The position numbers and the translations under genes are program-made. The notes beneath the pieces were generated by a model that was not told the origin of the DNA, did no database searches, and saw only the letters and a program-made list of their open reading frames with translations. From Candidatus Cloacimonadales bacterium (GTDB lineage Bacteria; Cloacimonadota; Cloacimonadia; Cloacimonadales; DAONDQ01), in contig OY759316.1 in assembly GCA_963662275.1 (NCBI GenBank), positions 4,000,001 through 4,064,000 of the forward strand: a stretch of DNA of 64,000 bases. Direction: 5' to 3'. Shown one piece after another: positions 51,570-60,452 of the stretch; within the stretch, counting starts at the first letter, position 1; the number at the start of each line of letters is the position of its first letter.

Positions 51570-51879
51570 ACAACACTACCCCATCATTAATAACACCGGT
51601 AATGAATGCTGATCTAACGTCTTTCCATTTGTCGACTTCATCTTTCGTATAGATGAGGATGTCTTTTGAAAAATGGTATTTTCTCAATTTGTACAATAAG
51701 GAAAGTCCCCTTTTCCTTCTGGGAATATCCTTCTCTTTATCTGAAATAATGAGCAAATCCAAATCACTTTCTGCATTAGCATTCCCCAGAGCATAGGAGC
51801 CAAAGAGAATGATCTGTTCCGGCTGATAATCTTCTGCAATGAACAACGCTATCTCATCGATTGTCTCTTTTGAAATCAT
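51559..51879 (-). CDS. Minimal nucleotidyltransferase (MNT) antitoxin
   Basis: PEQIILFGSYALG...SDLDLLII; overlaps the HEPN gene. Start at MISKE with an AGGAG RBS. Confidence 0.9.
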   Translation of the reverse strand: MISKETIDEIALFIAEDYQPEQIILFGSYALGNANAESDLDLLIISDKEKDIPRRKRGLSLLYKLRKYHFSKDILIYTKDEVDKWKDVRSAFITGVINDGVVLYGR

Positions 51880-52005
51880 CCTTTCTCCTATAATAATAAT
51901 CATAAGTCATATACAAATCAAAAACGAATCAGGCAATATATTTCTAATTATGGCGAATTCGCCTTAATTAATTCCTCTGATAAAAAAATGGAGTTTCATC
52001 AATGT

Positions 52006-53607
52006 TCATTTCCCAGTCCATCCACCTTCATGATATAGAGCTTGGATTTCTGGTTCTGTAAGGGCACGATTGTAGATGCGGAGATCATCTATGATGCCAT
52101 TAAATTTATCAAATGTGTTATTACTATGTTTCCCAATCGTTAAATTATAAGATACTTCTACTGATACACTTGAGAACTCTCTTTCGGAAATTAATACTCC
52201 ATCCAAGAAGAATTTATTATATGAATTACTCATTACTCCAATAACATGATGCCAATGCCAATCATTAACAGGACTCTCTGATGAATTTGCGTAATTTGCT
52301 GTTTGATATAAAACTTCAAAACCTAACTTGTATGAATTATTATACATCAAAATATCATAACCATTTCTTGAACTTACTGTACCTCCAGGATAATCATCTT
52401 TTGAAAGCAAAACAGATATGTTAGTTGCTTGTTGAGAAGTTCTAAACCATAATGAAATGGTTTTGGTTTCACCTATAAGTAAATTAAAAACATTATTTGG
52501 TGGATTCCCGCAATCTATATAATCATCCACTCCATCAAAACTGTAAGCTTTAGCTGAATTACCAAAACGATCAATTGATAGTGTCGGTCCATTTGAAGGT
52601 GTCCCATTATATCCATTTCCACTTTCGTCATTCGCATTCCCATTGAATGGATAGTAGGCGACTAAGCCATTCGTTGGAATTTCAGTATCCACAATCTTAC
52701 TAACTGTATTCGTATAACTTGAATATACATCATCTTTCTTTGCTCTGACCCGATAAGTGTACGTTCCGATTTCATTGAGATAGTCTATATATGCTGTTAC
52801 TCCTGCATTTAAAGTTGTTTGAAGAGTATATCCCTCATTATTTTTCTTCCGTTCTATTTGGTAAGCTGTGGCAATCGTGCTATTCCGAGTCCAAGTGATC
52901 GTAAAATGATAGAAGGAAGAATCAGTTATGGCTAAGTTTGTAGGCGCTCCCAGTCCGGAATAGATGACATTTTGCTCTTGCCAGGCTGAGTTTAGGTTGG
53001 CGGTGTAAGCTTTTACCCGATAAACCAAACTCATGGGAGTAGGGGGCATCTCGGGAATACTGTTTAAATAGGTCTCAGTATTAGCAGGTCGATCATCAAT
53101 CTCAAGAAATCCTGCTCCATTCAAGTTTCTTTCAATTTTGTATCCAGTTTCCTTGTTACTGTTATCATTCCAGTTTAAACGGACACCCTGCATTTCGATT
53201 GTGTTGGCAGTTAATCCTGATGGAGTATTCAGGATAATAGATGTGTAATTGGATGCTACCTGGTTGGAGTATTCAGTAAAGTAATCACCTTTTTGCACAC
53301 GAAGTCGATATGTTGGATTATGGTCAAATTCCATGTTCAGAGTCGTATCTGCAAAAACACTGGAAGATAGCTTTTTCAAAGTAATGGGTTCATAAGCAGC
53401 ACCAGTCTTGCGTTCAAAGAGCATCGTAGCGCTGTTGGAGTAGGAATAATTCAGTTCCAGCTTGAAACCAATGGCGGTATCTTCTGTAATACCGACAATC
53501 TGTGGCTGATTCAGTAGGTCTGAATCGTTTTCGAGCGGGCTGTTCCAGTCACGGGAGCAGGAGAGAAGTAAAAAAGTAAGAATTAATAAACCAAGTATGA
53601 GCTTCAT
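52006..53607 (-). CDS. Lipoprotein with FN3 repeats and a C-terminal LamG/ConA domain
   Basis: Lipobox LLSC; GLVAYYPFNGNANDESGN, DRFG..AYSFDG, WHHV, IDDLRIYNRAL. Confidence 0.85.
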   Translation of the reverse strand: MKLILGLLILTFLLLSCSRDWNSPLENDSDLLNQPQIVGITEDTAIGFKLELNYSYSNSATMLFERKTGAAYEPITLKKLSSSVFADTTLNMEFDHNPTYRLRVQKGDYFTEYSNQVASNYTSIILNTPSGLTANTIEMQGVRLNWNDNSNKETGYKIERNLNGAGFLEIDDRPANTETYLNSIPEMPPTPMSLVYRVKAYTANLNSAWQEQNVIYSGLGAPTNLAITDSSFYHFTITWTRNSTIATAYQIERKKNNEGYTLQTTLNAGVTAYIDYLNEIGTYTYRVRAKKDDVYSSYTNTVSKIVDTEIPTNGLVAYYPFNGNANDESGNGYNGTPSNGPTLSIDRFGNSAKAYSFDGVDDYIDCGNPPNNVFNLLIGETKTISLWFRTSQQATNISVLLSKDDYPGGTVSSRNGYDILMYNNSYKLGFEVLYQTANYANSSESPVNDWHWHHVIGVMSNSYNKFFLDGVLISEREFSSVSVEVSYNLTIGKHSNNTFDKFNGIIDDLRIYNRALTEPEIQALYHEGGWTGK

Positions 53608-53703
53608 TTAGCCTCCACGGTTTCACAATTAACATATACACAATGTTATTGGTTAGTATAATTATTGTCAAGCTTCACGTGAAAACGAAGATTGTAACGC
53701 CAC

Positions 53704-53733
53704 TTGTAACGCGTTATAAATAACGCGTTACAA
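53704..53733. repeat. Perfect 14-bp palindrome between divergent genes
   Basis: ttgtaacgcgttat-aa-ataacgcgttacaa. Confidence 0.75.
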
Positions 53734-53836
53734 TAGGTTCCGCACTACCTCCTGAAGTAAGTGCTACTTTAGTTCTTGACGTAATCATTGTATCTTTGCA
53801 AATAATATTTCCAGTAAAAGAAACAAAGGATTTATC

Positions 53837-54682
53837 ATGAAAATCATAGATGCGCATATGCATTATTCAAAAATCGATTCCTTCCAGCAAGCCTCAAAGA
53901 AGAATGGTGTAGTCTATACAAGAGAAGGATTAGTCAGAGAAAATCAGAAGAACAATATTGTTGCAGGCATCTGTATGGGACTGAATGAAACAGTTACAGG
54001 CTCATTCCCTGATGATATGAGTCAAACACCAATGGGTTGTGATTTGGATGAAATACCTCGCAACCTATATTACTGTGCAGGAATAAACCCTCTTAATTTA
54101 AGAGGAGAAGCTTTGCATCGCTTAGATAGAGCCATTGATTCAAAGCAGTGTGTTGGGATAAAGATTTATGCAGGATATTACTACTTTATGGTAACCGATA
54201 AGATATATCTTCCTGCTTATGAACTTGCATTAAAATACAATGTTCCAGTTGTCATTCACAGCGGAGATACATACAGCGAACGCGGCTTGCTGAAATATTC
54301 CCATCCACTTGCGATTGATGAGTTAGCAGTCAATAATCCGGATATGGTTATTATAATCGCTCACCTGGGGAATCCCTGGCTTATGGATACGGCTGAGATT
54401 CTCTATAAAAACAAGAATGTTTATGCTGATCTTTCCGGTTTACTGGTTGGTGATAAAGCTCTGTTTGAGCGTTTCTGTTCACAAGAGTTATATATGAATA
54501 TGTTCAAAACAGCTTTGATCCTCGCAGATCATTATGATAAGCTGCTTTTTGGAACGGACTGGCCTTTGGTACCCATTGATGTGTATATTGATTTTATTAA
54601 GAAGCTTGTTCCTGGAGAACATTATGCAGACGTTTTTTATGGGAACGCTCTAAAAGTATTCACCAAATTACGAGTTGAATAA
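53837..54682 (+). CDS. Amidohydrolase_2 family protein
   Basis: IIDAHMH, GIKIY, PVVIHSG, IAHLGNP, YADLSG, LFGTDWP. Confidence 0.88.
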   Translation: MKIIDAHMHYSKIDSFQQASKKNGVVYTREGLVRENQKNNIVAGICMGLNETVTGSFPDDMSQTPMGCDLDEIPRNLYYCAGINPLNLRGEALHRLDRAIDSKQCVGIKIYAGYYYFMVTDKIYLPAYELALKYNVPVVIHSGDTYSERGLLKYSHPLAIDELAVNNPDMVIIIAHLGNPWLMDTAEILYKNKNVYADLSGLLVGDKALFERFCSQELYMNMFKTALILADHYDKLLFGTDWPLVPIDVYIDFIKKLVPGEHYADVFYGNALKVFTKLRVE

Positions 54683-54693
54683 AGGATTACTAA

Positions 54694-57600
54694 GTGTTAC
54701 AAGATGAAATGAGAATTGTAGAATATGATCCAATTTATGCCAAGTGTATTGCAGAGATGTGGAATAACAGCGGTTCGGGCTGGAACGGAGATAATACTCA
54801 TTATACAGAAGCTGGCGTAAGAGATAAGGAAGCAGTTTCGTCCTACCTGCATTTATATTTAGCTTTCATTGGAGATAAAGTCGTTGGTTATTGTAAGCTC
54901 TCCAAATACTTCTATGATGAGAACACTCTTTACATCGATTTACTGAATGTTGATCCGCAATATCATAACATGAAGATTGGGAAGGCATTGGTCAAAAAAT
55001 CCGTAGAGCGAACAATTGAATTAGGATATCCCAGGTTGGACTTGTTTACCTGGGCAGGTAATACAAAAGCAGTCCCGCTCTATAAGAAATGCGGTTTCTT
55101 CTGGGAAAAGATGGAAGCTAACTCCACACACTTGATGAATTTCATTCCTGCTGTATTCAACACTGCTTTGATAAAAGACTATTTTACCAGTATTGACTGG
55201 TACGATGACTCAACAAGAACAATAGACATAGTACCTGATGGAAGAACAGAGAATAACTTTGATTTCCTGACCTATTGTTGGGAAAAAGACGGTAGGAAAC
55301 TAGTCGTAGAATTTGAAAAGACAGGTAGGGGAATTCACAGTATAGATACAGATGAATTTCAGATTGTGACAGAAATAGAAAATGGGAAACTGGTGTTTGG
55401 CAGGAAATACAAAGTAAAATATGACATCTTAAATAAAACAGGGAAAGCACAAAAGGTTGAAATCAAAGGAATAGATGATAAGAATATCAAGTTTGATTTG
55501 AACTTCAGTGGAGAAGTACTTGGAAACAAAACAATCGAAGGAGAGTTTTATTTAGGCTCTATTGATTTTGAACAAAGCATGTGGAATACGCATCCTGCTG
55601 TTTGCGCTGAGATTACTTTCAACGGTAAATCTGCTATTTTCAAAACAGGTATCAATCCTCAGTTTCCTTTAAGGATGTTTGCCGGTAAGATGGAAAACAG
55701 CCTGTATACAGGTCGGAAAAAAGAGCTGTTTGTAAATGTTGAAAATAACTTTAATGAAGATGGTGAATTTGAGATAATCTTCCCAAAACAGAAGGATATT
55801 CACTTCGGTACAAGCACTATCAAAATACCCCTGGAAGCACATCAGAGAAGCAATTTCCCAATTAAAGTGACTGTCAGAAATTCTGTTCTCTACAATCAAC
55901 GGCTTGAAGTCAGAGTTCATTTAAAAAATGGTGAATCATTCAGCTATAGCCAGCCATACACGATGATCATATACATTCCAGAAGGTCGTACCTATGGTAA
56001 AAATAACGAGAAATATTCAATAATTAACGGAAAGAATGTTCTAATTCTAAATGAAGATGATGACATCAATACTCTCTTCTACAAAGTACTTAATACCGAG
56101 TTACATTGTTATATAGGCTATCCGAAAATCGGGAAACCTTACTCTTCGGAGTTCCTGCATAAGCAGCCTGATAAAATTGAAATCGTAGAAAAACACTATT
56201 CGGTAACTCTTAAAATGTATTACAGCTCTGATTCTTTCCCAGGCTTAAAGTTCATCTCCCATAATAAAGTATGTAACTCAGGAATGCTGGAACAATGGTT
56301 TGAGATTCTCTCATATCCTGATGGATGTGATGAGATATATCTGAATCGTTCCGTTATTGTCGATAATGAAAACATGACCATTCCTTATTCAGGAATGATC
56401 ATCAAAACAGATACCATAGCACATAATGATAATGCACATCTGAATTGGGATGGAGACAAAATAAATGAGAATTGGCTATATTTCACCAATAAAAACGATA
56501 GTATGTCTATTGTGTGGCATAAAAAGGATAGATTGGTTTGTTGTGAATGGTATTATGCTATCGAATATACGCTAAAAAAAGGAAAAGACTCTCGAACTCA
56601 TTCTCTGTTTATTGGATATAATGTCTTTTCTTCAGTGAAAGAGCTTCGTGAGTTTGCTCTTAGAAAGAAGGTTGAACCTGTAATTCCCAAATCATTTCAT
56701 GATCTGATCATTAACCGGGGGAATCCGTTTGTTGATGGTAAATGCAAAGTTGCTTATACTGATTATCGACAAACTCCCATGGATTGCACTGTCAATATTA
56801 ACTCTGAGAATGGAATATGCCCAAGTCTTAATGGAGTTGCAGAAAAAGATAAGGAAAAGCATGAGTTACGCTTTGAATTTAAAGCTAAAAGCAAATCGCT
56901 AATCGATATCGTAAAGGCAGAAGCTAATTATCCTACAAGGAGCTTTCACATAGAAAAGACTTTGTTTCAGAAGCAAAAGGGAGAAGTTCATCAATTCACT
57001 GAAAAAATTGAAGATCATACAGTTTATACTGTTGATAATGGCTTAATACGGTTCAAGGTTTCTCCTGGATATGCTCCAGCAGTGTATTCATTGGTTTATC
57101 AAGATCATGAATGGTTGGATAACAGCTTTCCGACCAGTTGTTCCAAATCATGGTGGAATCCCTGGTATGGAGGAGTTGAAAACAACATTGAAGCTATTAA
57201 ACGATCTTCCTGGATTGAGGAGAAACATATTATTGCTTTTGTGGAGAAAGCAGATAATTATGGTCAGATCTGGAAAGGAATAGAAATAAAGACTGCTATT
57301 GAAAACTATGATAGTCATAAGAACCTGGTTGTAAGCCAGTATTTCCTGGTACTCACTGGTCTTCCTGTCATGGCAGTATTCAGCAGTTATTTCCAGGAAA
57401 GTGGATTCTGCAGAGAACTCACGGGCTTTTCAAGAATCTTTGCAAAAGGGGACGATGAGATCACAAACTCCACGTTTGAACTAACCAGGGATGGAGAAGT
57501 TTTTGCTACTAATTGCGGTATAGAGGAAATCGACTTTAACGTTCTTGGCAAACTCCTGGCATGTGCAGGTAAGAACAGAAGAGAAAAACTGTATTTCTAT

Positions 57601-57783
57601 AATACCCAATCTCCTTTTAATGCTCACGCTGGCTCTGATTCTTCCACTATATCATTGCTCTTTTATCATCATTTATCGCTCAAAAATAATGAATGCAAAG
57701 CTACACCTATTAAATTCATAATCCTTTCAGAACTGGACATTCCGGAAAAGACACTGATTGATTTGGAGAGTATCAGGTTTTAG
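54694..57783 (+). CDS. Large protein with N-terminal GNAT acetyltransferase domain
   Basis: LNVDPQYHNMKIGKAL and NTKAVPLYKKCGF GNAT motifs; ~850 aa beta-rich remainder. Confidence 0.8.
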   Translation: MLQDEMRIVEYDPIYAKCIAEMWNNSGSGWNGDNTHYTEAGVRDKEAVSSYLHLYLAFIGDKVVGYCKLSKYFYDENTLYIDLLNVDPQYHNMKIGKALVKKSVERTIELGYPRLDLFTWAGNTKAVPLYKKCGFFWEKMEANSTHLMNFIPAVFNTALIKDYFTSIDWYDDSTRTIDIVPDGRTENNFDFLTYCWEKDGRKLVVEFEKTGRGIHSIDTDEFQIVTEIENGKLVFGRKYKVKYDILNKTGKAQKVEIKGIDDKNIKFDLNFSGEVLGNKTIEGEFYLGSIDFEQSMWNTHPAVCAEITFNGKSAIFKTGINPQFPLRMFAGKMENSLYTGRKKELFVNVENNFNEDGEFEIIFPKQKDIHFGTSTIKIPLEAHQRSNFPIKVTVRNSVLYNQRLEVRVHLKNGESFSYSQPYTMIIYIPEGRTYGKNNEKYSIINGKNVLILNEDDDINTLFYKVLNTELHCYIGYPKIGKPYSSEFLHKQPDKIEIVEKHYSVTLKMYYSSDSFPGLKFISHNKVCNSGMLEQWFEILSYPDGCDEIYLNRSVIVDNENMTIPYSGMIIKTDTIAHNDNAHLNWDGDKINENWLYFTNKNDSMSIVWHKKDRLVCCEWYYAIEYTLKKGKDSRTHSLFIGYNVFSSVKELREFALRKKVEPVIPKSFHDLIINRGNPFVDGKCKVAYTDYRQTPMDCTVNINSENGICPSLNGVAEKDKEKHELRFEFKAKSKSLIDIVKAEANYPTRSFHIEKTLFQKQKGEVHQFTEKIEDHTVYTVDNGLIRFKVSPGYAPAVYSLVYQDHEWLDNSFPTSCSKSWWNPWYGGVENNIEAIKRSSWIEEKHIIAFVEKADNYGQIWKGIEIKTAIENYDSHKNLVVSQYFLVLTGLPVMAVFSSYFQESGFCRELTGFSRIFAKGDDEITNSTFELTRDGEVFATNCGIEEIDFNVLGKLLACAGKNRREKLYFYNTQSPFNAHAGSDSSTISLLFYHHLSLKNNECKATPIKFIILSELDIPEKTLIDLESIRF

Positions 57784-57870
57784 GTGTTAGGTGTTAGGTG
57801 TTAGGTGCTAGGTGTTAGGTGCTAGGTGCTAGGTGTTAGGTGCTAGGTGCTAGGTGTTAGGTGCTAGTGT
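57781..57870 (+). repeat. Heptamer tandem array (TAGGTGY)x12 plus one degenerate unit
   Basis: Twelve TAGGTGT/TAGGTGC units at 57781-57864, then TAGTGT. Confidence 0.95.
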
Positions 57871-57895
57871 TAATTACAAACAATAGGAGGGTAAG

Positions 57896-58258
57896 ATGAT
57901 TATCAAATCATACAAAGACTTAATTGTATGGCAAAAAGCCATGGATTTAGCCGTTGAAATTTATCGATTGAGCAAGAGTTTTCCAAAAGATGAATTGTAT
58001 TGTCTTACAAATCAAATTCGCAGAGCAGCCGTATCAATACCATCTAACATAGCTGAAGGCAAAGGTAGGAACTCAAAAGCTGAATATCTGCATTTCATTT
58101 CAATTGCACAAGGTTCGTTAGCAGAAACCGAAACACAAGTACTATTAGCTGTTCGACTTAATTATATTACTGAAACACAAGCAAATATGACGATTCAACT
58201 ACAGAATGAAATTAGCAAGATGTTGGCTACATTAAGGATAAAACTAGCTGAAGGTTAA
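57896..58258 (+). CDS. Four-helix-bundle protein (23S rRNA IVP / Avd-like family)
   Basis: SYKDLIVWQKAMDL, FPKDELY.LTNQIRRAAVSIPSNIAEG, IAQGSLAETETQ; AGGAGG RBS. Confidence 0.92.
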   Translation: MIIKSYKDLIVWQKAMDLAVEIYRLSKSFPKDELYCLTNQIRRAAVSIPSNIAEGKGRNSKAEYLHFISIAQGSLAETETQVLLAVRLNYITETQANMTIQLQNEISKMLATLRIKLAEG

Positions 58259-58273
58259 AGCGATTCCTAGCAC

Positions 58274-59716
58274 CTAATACCTATCCTCCTGCTGATGCTC
58301 AAGATCAATAATCTCCACCCTTGGGTTAATATGCGGATTTTCTGGAGAAGGACCTTCAGTTAATACGACTTTACTGCCACTCAAATCATAACGTTTCAGC
58401 AAGTCTTGTGCAAAGGCATTCCAGTTTGAAGGTGTTTCATTATCATGAATGGGGATGACACCATAGGTAAAAACCAATTGCTGGCAAGTACGCTTATCTT
58501 TGCATACAGCAGCTATCCAAACGTGTAGCTTAAATCGCGAAACCATACGAGAAGTATATCCAGTCTGTGTATGCACAATAACTGCTGCAGGCTCCATAAA
58601 ATCAACCGTCTGTTTAACATTATGCGAGACTACATCTGTAATAGAAAGATTGTGGATATTTCCGCATTCTGTTAAATCGGCGAGTGGTTCAAACTCAGGA
58701 CGATGCGGTTCTGTGGCAGCAGCAATGCGTGATAAAACGTTGACAGCTTCCACTGGAAACTTGCCCATTGCTGATTCTTCAGAAAGCATGATACAATCAG
58801 TTCCATCCAGCACGGCATTTGCAACGTCCGTTGACTCTGCACGTGTTGGTCTGAAGTTCTCAACCATCGATTCCAGCATTTGTGTTGCTGTTATTACGGG
58901 TATTCCCAAGCGATTTGCCATGTGAGTCAATTCTTTCTGAACGATGGCTATCCTTTCAATCTGTGTTTCAACTCCCAAATCTCCACGGGCTATCATGATT
59001 CCGTCAGCAGATTTCATAATATCCTTGATATTACTGAGTGCACCTGCCCTTTCAATTTTCGCAATAATAAAAGGCTTATATCCCATCTGGTGAGCTGCTT
59101 TGCGAACAGCATCAACATCAGCGCTGCTATTCACAAAAGACTGACTAATCGCATCCACACCATGCTTCAAGGCAAATGCCATGCATTCCTTATCTCTATC
59201 CGTAAAAGCGCACATTCCCAAATCAATACCAGGTAAATTCAACCCTTTGTGGGAACGCAATTCACCACCTGCTAACACACGGCAATGAACATCATTGCCA
59301 TGAATATGAGTCACTTGCACTTGGATGATACCATCATTCAAAAATATGATATCCCCAGGTTTAACTACTTTCGGCAACTGTGGCAGACTCACCGATACCC
59401 GTTCTTTAGTCCCTTCCACAACTTCTGTTGTTAATATCAGCAAATCATCTCTAACCTGTTCGATAGGCTCTTCAGCAAGATGTCCAATACGAATCTTTGG
59501 ACCGGGAAGGTCAGCCATAATGGCTAATCTTTTCCCTGCTTTTCTGGCTGCTTCTCTTAAATTAAGAATCGTCTTCTCATGCCAGTCAAATGCACCATGA
59601 GAAAAGTTCAATCGGGCTATGTTCATACCCGCATTAATCATATTCAGCATAGTTTCAGGTGCTTCTGAAGCTGGTCCAATTGTACAGACTATCCTTGTTT
59701 TGTTGGGCGAAAGCAT
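58274..59716 (-). CDS. pyk: Pyruvate kinase
   Basis: IVCTIGPAS, ARLNFSHG, DLPGPKIR, AKIE, MIARGDLG, TATQMLESM, PTRAE. ATG at 59716 fits the AGGAG RBS; GTG at 59722 is an alternative. Confidence 0.96.
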   Translation of the reverse strand: MLSPNKTRIVCTIGPASEAPETMLNMINAGMNIARLNFSHGAFDWHEKTILNLREAARKAGKRLAIMADLPGPKIRIGHLAEEPIEQVRDDLLILTTEVVEGTKERVSVSLPQLPKVVKPGDIIFLNDGIIQVQVTHIHGNDVHCRVLAGGELRSHKGLNLPGIDLGMCAFTDRDKECMAFALKHGVDAISQSFVNSSADVDAVRKAAHQMGYKPFIIAKIERAGALSNIKDIMKSADGIMIARGDLGVETQIERIAIVQKELTHMANRLGIPVITATQMLESMVENFRPTRAESTDVANAVLDGTDCIMLSEESAMGKFPVEAVNVLSRIAAATEPHRPEFEPLADLTECGNIHNLSITDVVSHNVKQTVDFMEPAAVIVHTQTGYTSRMVSRFKLHVWIAAVCKDKRTCQQLVFTYGVIPIHDNETPSNWNAFAQDLLKRYDLSGSKVVLTEGPSPENPHINPRVEIIDLEHQQEDRY

Positions 59717-59733
59717 AGGCACTCCTTTGCAAA

Positions 59734-59906
59734 AGGTATTAGTTGTTAGGTATTAGGTACTAGGTGCAGAACAAACATTTCATACGTGATTTTTTAAAAT
59801 TCTGAAACTATTTCCCTCTCTTTGGATAAAGAGAGGGATTAAGGGTGAGTTTGATTCTCTGCTCTGATTCTGACATCTATCACCTAGCACCTAAGACCTA
59901 AAACCT
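59734..59906. repeat. Inward-facing AGGTRYT heptamer runs around a palindromic hairpin
   Basis: Five units at 59734-59768; inverted units at 59875-59906; central ccctctctttggataaagagaggg. Confidence 0.7.
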
Positions 59907-59921
59907 TCTTTAATTCTCAAT

Positions 59922-60236
59922 TTATGATATTCTCACTGCCGTACCGGAAACCGCTACCATCAGCATACCTTCGCGTACAACTTCATAATCCAAGTCAACA
60001 CCTACGATCGCATTTGCACCCATTTGCAATGCTCTTTGAGCCATTTCGTTAATTGCCAAATCTCTGCCTTGCTGGAGTTTTTCTTCGTACGCTGCACTGC
60101 GTCCACCTACTATATCCGTAACCGAGGCAAACATATCTCTTATGATATTTGCACCCATGATCGCTTCTCCGGTCACAATACCAAAATATTGTTCAATCGA
60201 ATGTCCTTCTACGTTGGGTGTTGTTGTGATAAGCAT
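59922..60236 (-). CDS. YbjQ/UPF0145 heavy-metal-binding family protein
   Basis: [37 protein letters not shown]. Confidence 0.9.
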   Translation of the reverse strand: MLITTTPNVEGHSIEQYFGIVTGEAIMGANIIRDMFASVTDIVGGRSAAYEEKLQQGRDLAINEMAQRALQMGANAIVGVDLDYEVVREGMLMVAVSGTAVRIS

Positions 60237-60452
60237 GATTTCCTCCTTATCCTTTTTTTGGATAGAGTTAATGAGTTAGAAAATTAGTCAATGGAAAAGA
60301 AGTTTGCAGAGGGTGCTATGTACTAGGTATTGGGTGCTAGTACATAAAAGTGGTTTTACGACAGTAAACCCTTTCAAATATGGCTAGAAATTAACAAGAC
60401 TTGCGCACTTGACCTATCATTATTGTCTGGTAATCAAACTCTCTTCTCTTCT

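Noticed and set aside
44081..53607. Integron cassette array
   Set aside because: No integrase, and the intergenic palindromes lack clear RYYYAAC/GTTRRRY attC boxes; they look like REP-type repeats.
46876..58258. Diversity-generating retroelement (Avd-like gene plus repeated C-terminal tails)
   Set aside because: No reverse transcriptase is present, the repeats are short, and their differences are not adenine-specific.
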